Positions 25,751 to 27,565 of a stretch of 27,565 nucleotides of DNA are shown here, piece by piece (position 1 is the stretch's first letter; every line of letters begins with the position of its first letter). The position numbers and the translations under genes are program-made. Under the pieces are notes generated by a model. It did no database searches. It had not been told where the DNA came from and saw only the letters and a list, made by a program, of their open reading frames with translations. Origin of the DNA: Gammaproteobacteria bacterium (GTDB lineage Bacteria > Pseudomonadota > Gammaproteobacteria > UBA6429 > Thiohalophilaceae); NCBI GenBank assembly GCA_029882235.1, contig JAOULB010000001.1:1-27565 (forward strand), given 5' to 3'.

Positions 25751-26326
25751 ATGAGTTCTCTGATTGATCCAGCTGACAACCTGACCAATCACTTCCTGAT
25801 TGCGATGCCAAACCTTGCCGATCCAAACTTTCACCACACCGTGACCTACATGTGTGACCATAATCCTGAAGGCGCAATGGGGCTGGTGATTAATCGACCC
25901 ATGGATCTGTCACTGGGCGAGCTATTTGATTATCTCGATATTCAGAACGGTAAACAGGATATTCTCAATATCCCCGTTTATCAGGGTGGTCCGGTGCAAA
26001 CCGAGCGGGGCTTTGTGCTGCATAAGCCCATGGGGGAATGGGAAGCCAGCATGCCAATTACCCCTCAGCTTGAACTCACCATGTCACAGGATATTATCGA
26101 AGCGATTGCCCATGGCGAAGGCCCGGATCAATACCTGATTGCGCTGGGTTACGCGGGTTGGGGTCAGGGTCAGCTCGAGGCCGAGCTGGCATCCAACGCC
26201 TGGCTCAGTGGTCCTGCTGAGAATGCGATTATTTTCGACAAGCCCATCGAGCAACGCTGGAATGCCTCTGCGGCCCTGTTGGGGGTCGAGATCAGCCAGA
26301 TATCCAATGACATTGGGCATGCCTGA
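25751..26326 (+). CDS. yqgE: YqgE/AlgH family protein
   Basis: FLIAMP, GAMGLVINRP, GGPV..RGFVLH, LGYAGWGQGQLEAELASNAWL. Confidence 0.95.
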   Translation: MSSLIDPADNLTNHFLIAMPNLADPNFHHTVTYMCDHNPEGAMGLVINRPMDLSLGELFDYLDIQNGKQDILNIPVYQGGPVQTERGFVLHKPMGEWEASMPITPQLELTMSQDIIEAIAHGEGPDQYLIALGYAGWGQGQLEAELASNAWLSGPAENAIIFDKPIEQRWNASAALLGVEISQISNDIGHA

Positions 26327-26744
26327 GGCCCAAACCCTGCTTGGTTTTGATTACGGAAAACAGCGCATCGGCATCGCCGTTGGCCAGACCCTGACCGCTT
26401 CCGTCACCCCCCTTACAACGCTCAAGGCCATCAAACAAAAGCCTGACTGGCGCTCGATTCAGGCCCTGATCGAGGAATGGCAACCCGATTTACTGGTGGT
26501 TGGCCTACCCCTGCACATGGATGGCAGTGAGCAATTACTTACCGAGGAGGCAAGACGTTTTGGACATAAACTCAAAGGGCGCTACAATCTACCCGTCGAA
26601 TGGATCGACGAGCGCCTGACCTCCAATGAAGCAGAAGAGATTTTCCGCCAACAAGGTGGCAAAATGCGCTCAGACAAACAGGATATTGATAAAATCGCAG
26701 CAGGCCTGATCCTGCAAAGCTGGTTGAGCCAACATAATAACTAA
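26319..26744 (+). CDS. ruvX: YqgF/RuvX resolvase-like nuclease; start reassigned to ATG 26319
   Basis: LGFDYGKQRIGIAVG, VVGLPLHMDG, DERLTS and DKIAAGLIL. The in-frame ATG overlaps the yqgE end by 8 nt; the longer ORF-track start would lie inside yqgE. Confidence 0.93.
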   Translation: MPEAQTLLGFDYGKQRIGIAVGQTLTASVTPLTTLKAIKQKPDWRSIQALIEEWQPDLLVVGLPLHMDGSEQLLTEEARRFGHKLKGRYNLPVEWIDERLTSNEAEEIFRQQGGKMRSDKQDIDKIAAGLILQSWLSQHNN

Positions 26745-26747
26745 AAC

Positions 26748-27251
26748 ATGTCAGAAAACGATGTAAAAAAACTCCTGGCCAAAATGGCGCAGGACACGCA
26801 GAAACGCCTGCAAGACAATCAGATCTCTGATCCTGTCATGATTGGTATTCAAACTGGCGGCGTCTGGGTTGCCGAAGCCCTGCATCAACAGCTAAAAATT
26901 AAAGAAGACCTCGGCAAGCTCAACATCAGCTTCTACCGCGATGACTTCACCCGTATTGGCATGCATCCAACAGTTCAACCATCCAGCCTGCCGTTTGCCG
27001 TCGATGATCGCCACATTATTCTGGTTGATGATGTCTTACATACTGGTCGCACCATCCGCGCGGCATTAAACGAAATCTTTGATTATGGTCGACCCGCCTC
27101 CGTCATACTCGCCGCGCTGGTTGAACGCAGTGGTCGCGAACTGCCCATTTGCGCGGATATCGTTGGTAAGCGCATTGACCTGTCCGAGACTCAACACATA
27201 AAACTGACTGGCCCCGAGCCACTGACACTGGAACTCCAGGAGGGCAAGTGA
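26748..27251 (+). CDS. pyrR: PyrR pyrimidine regulator / uracil phosphoribosyltransferase-like
   Basis: [20 protein letters not shown] loop [24 protein letters not shown]. Confidence 0.94.
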   Translation: MSENDVKKLLAKMAQDTQKRLQDNQISDPVMIGIQTGGVWVAEALHQQLKIKEDLGKLNISFYRDDFTRIGMHPTVQPSSLPFAVDDRHIILVDDVLHTGRTIRAALNEIFDYGRPASVILAALVERSGRELPICADIVGKRIDLSETQHIKLTGPEPLTLELQEGK

Positions 27252-27565
27252 AGAATCAGGATATCCAGCTCGACACACAGGGACGGCTGCGCCACTTCCT
27301 CACGATTGAGGGATTAAAACGTGATATTCTGAACGACATACTTGATACCGCTGAAAATTTTTCCACCGTCGGTACACGCACCGTTAAAAAAGTTCCACTG
27401 CTGCGCGGCAAGACCATCGCCAATCTCTTTTTTGAAGCCAGCACCCGCACGCGCACAACTTTTGAACTCGCAGCGAAACGCCTTTCTGCTGATGTACTCA
27501 ACATCAATATTGATACCTCATCAACAACCAAAGGTGAAAGCCTGCTCGATATGCTGCGTAACCTT
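27248..27565 (+). CDS. pyrB: Aspartate carbamoyltransferase catalytic subunit, 5' part (truncated by the window edge)
   Basis: Manual translation from GTG 27248 gives [23 protein letters not shown]...[28 protein letters not shown]...KGESLLD. The STRT motif is present; 4-nt overlap with pyrR. Confidence 0.96.
   Translation, partial: MKNQDIQLDTQGRLRHFLTIEGLKRDILNDILDTAENFSTVGTRTVKKVPLLRGKTIANLFFEASTRTRTTFELAAKRLSADVLNINIDTSSTTKGESLLDMLRNL

Larger units (their letters stand above)
24145..25780 (+). repeat. Diverged tandem duplication: unit 1 24145-25074 (930 bp), unit 2 25075-25780 (706 bp)
   Basis: Each unit consists of tonB from codon 23, the intergenic region and the first 10 codons of yqgE. 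The length difference is fully accounted for by -9, -222, -6 and +13 bp. Confidence 0.92.

Noticed and set aside
26139-26318. 60-codon N-terminal extension of RuvX in the ORF track
   Set aside because: It lies inside yqgE; ATG 26319 gives a normal 141-aa protein.
26740-26760. PyrR attenuator upstream of pyrR-pyrB
   Set aside because: Only 3 nt separate ruvX and pyrR, so there is no leader to hold one.

Overview
Gammaproteobacterial chromosomal window with Pseudomonas-like synteny; the taxon is inferred from gene order only. Left to right: (i) the 5' end of a minus-strand lipoprotein gene, then an AT-richer run of small accessory genes (NYN/LabA nuclease, 99-aa hypothetical, CelD-like GNAT, YciI-like, rhodanese; 1-2905). 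(ii) A probable monocarboxylate-uptake module: DUF4212 + sodium:solute symporter, a terminator, a YggT-like membrane protein and a DEDDh exonuclease-CBS-CBS-DUF294 nucleotidyltransferase fusion (3202-7892). (iii) A convergent hypothetical gene and the complete Pil-Chp chemosensory cluster pilGHIJK-chpABC on the minus strand (7895-20843). (iv) The divergent gshB...tonB-yqgE-ruvX-pyrR-pyrB run, with an apbE/NusG-II/Gx-transporter trio between gshB and tonB. The clearest unexpected structure is a decayed tandem duplication (24145-25074 / 25075-25780). Its junction created a chimeric gene: the yqgE upstream region and first 10 codons fused in frame to a tonB that has lost 74 linker residues. The -35/-10 hexamers are identical in both copies and their placement suggests leaderless transcripts. 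No rRNA, tRNA, CRISPR array or transposase was recognised. All assignments come from motif recognition and manual alignment, with no database searches.
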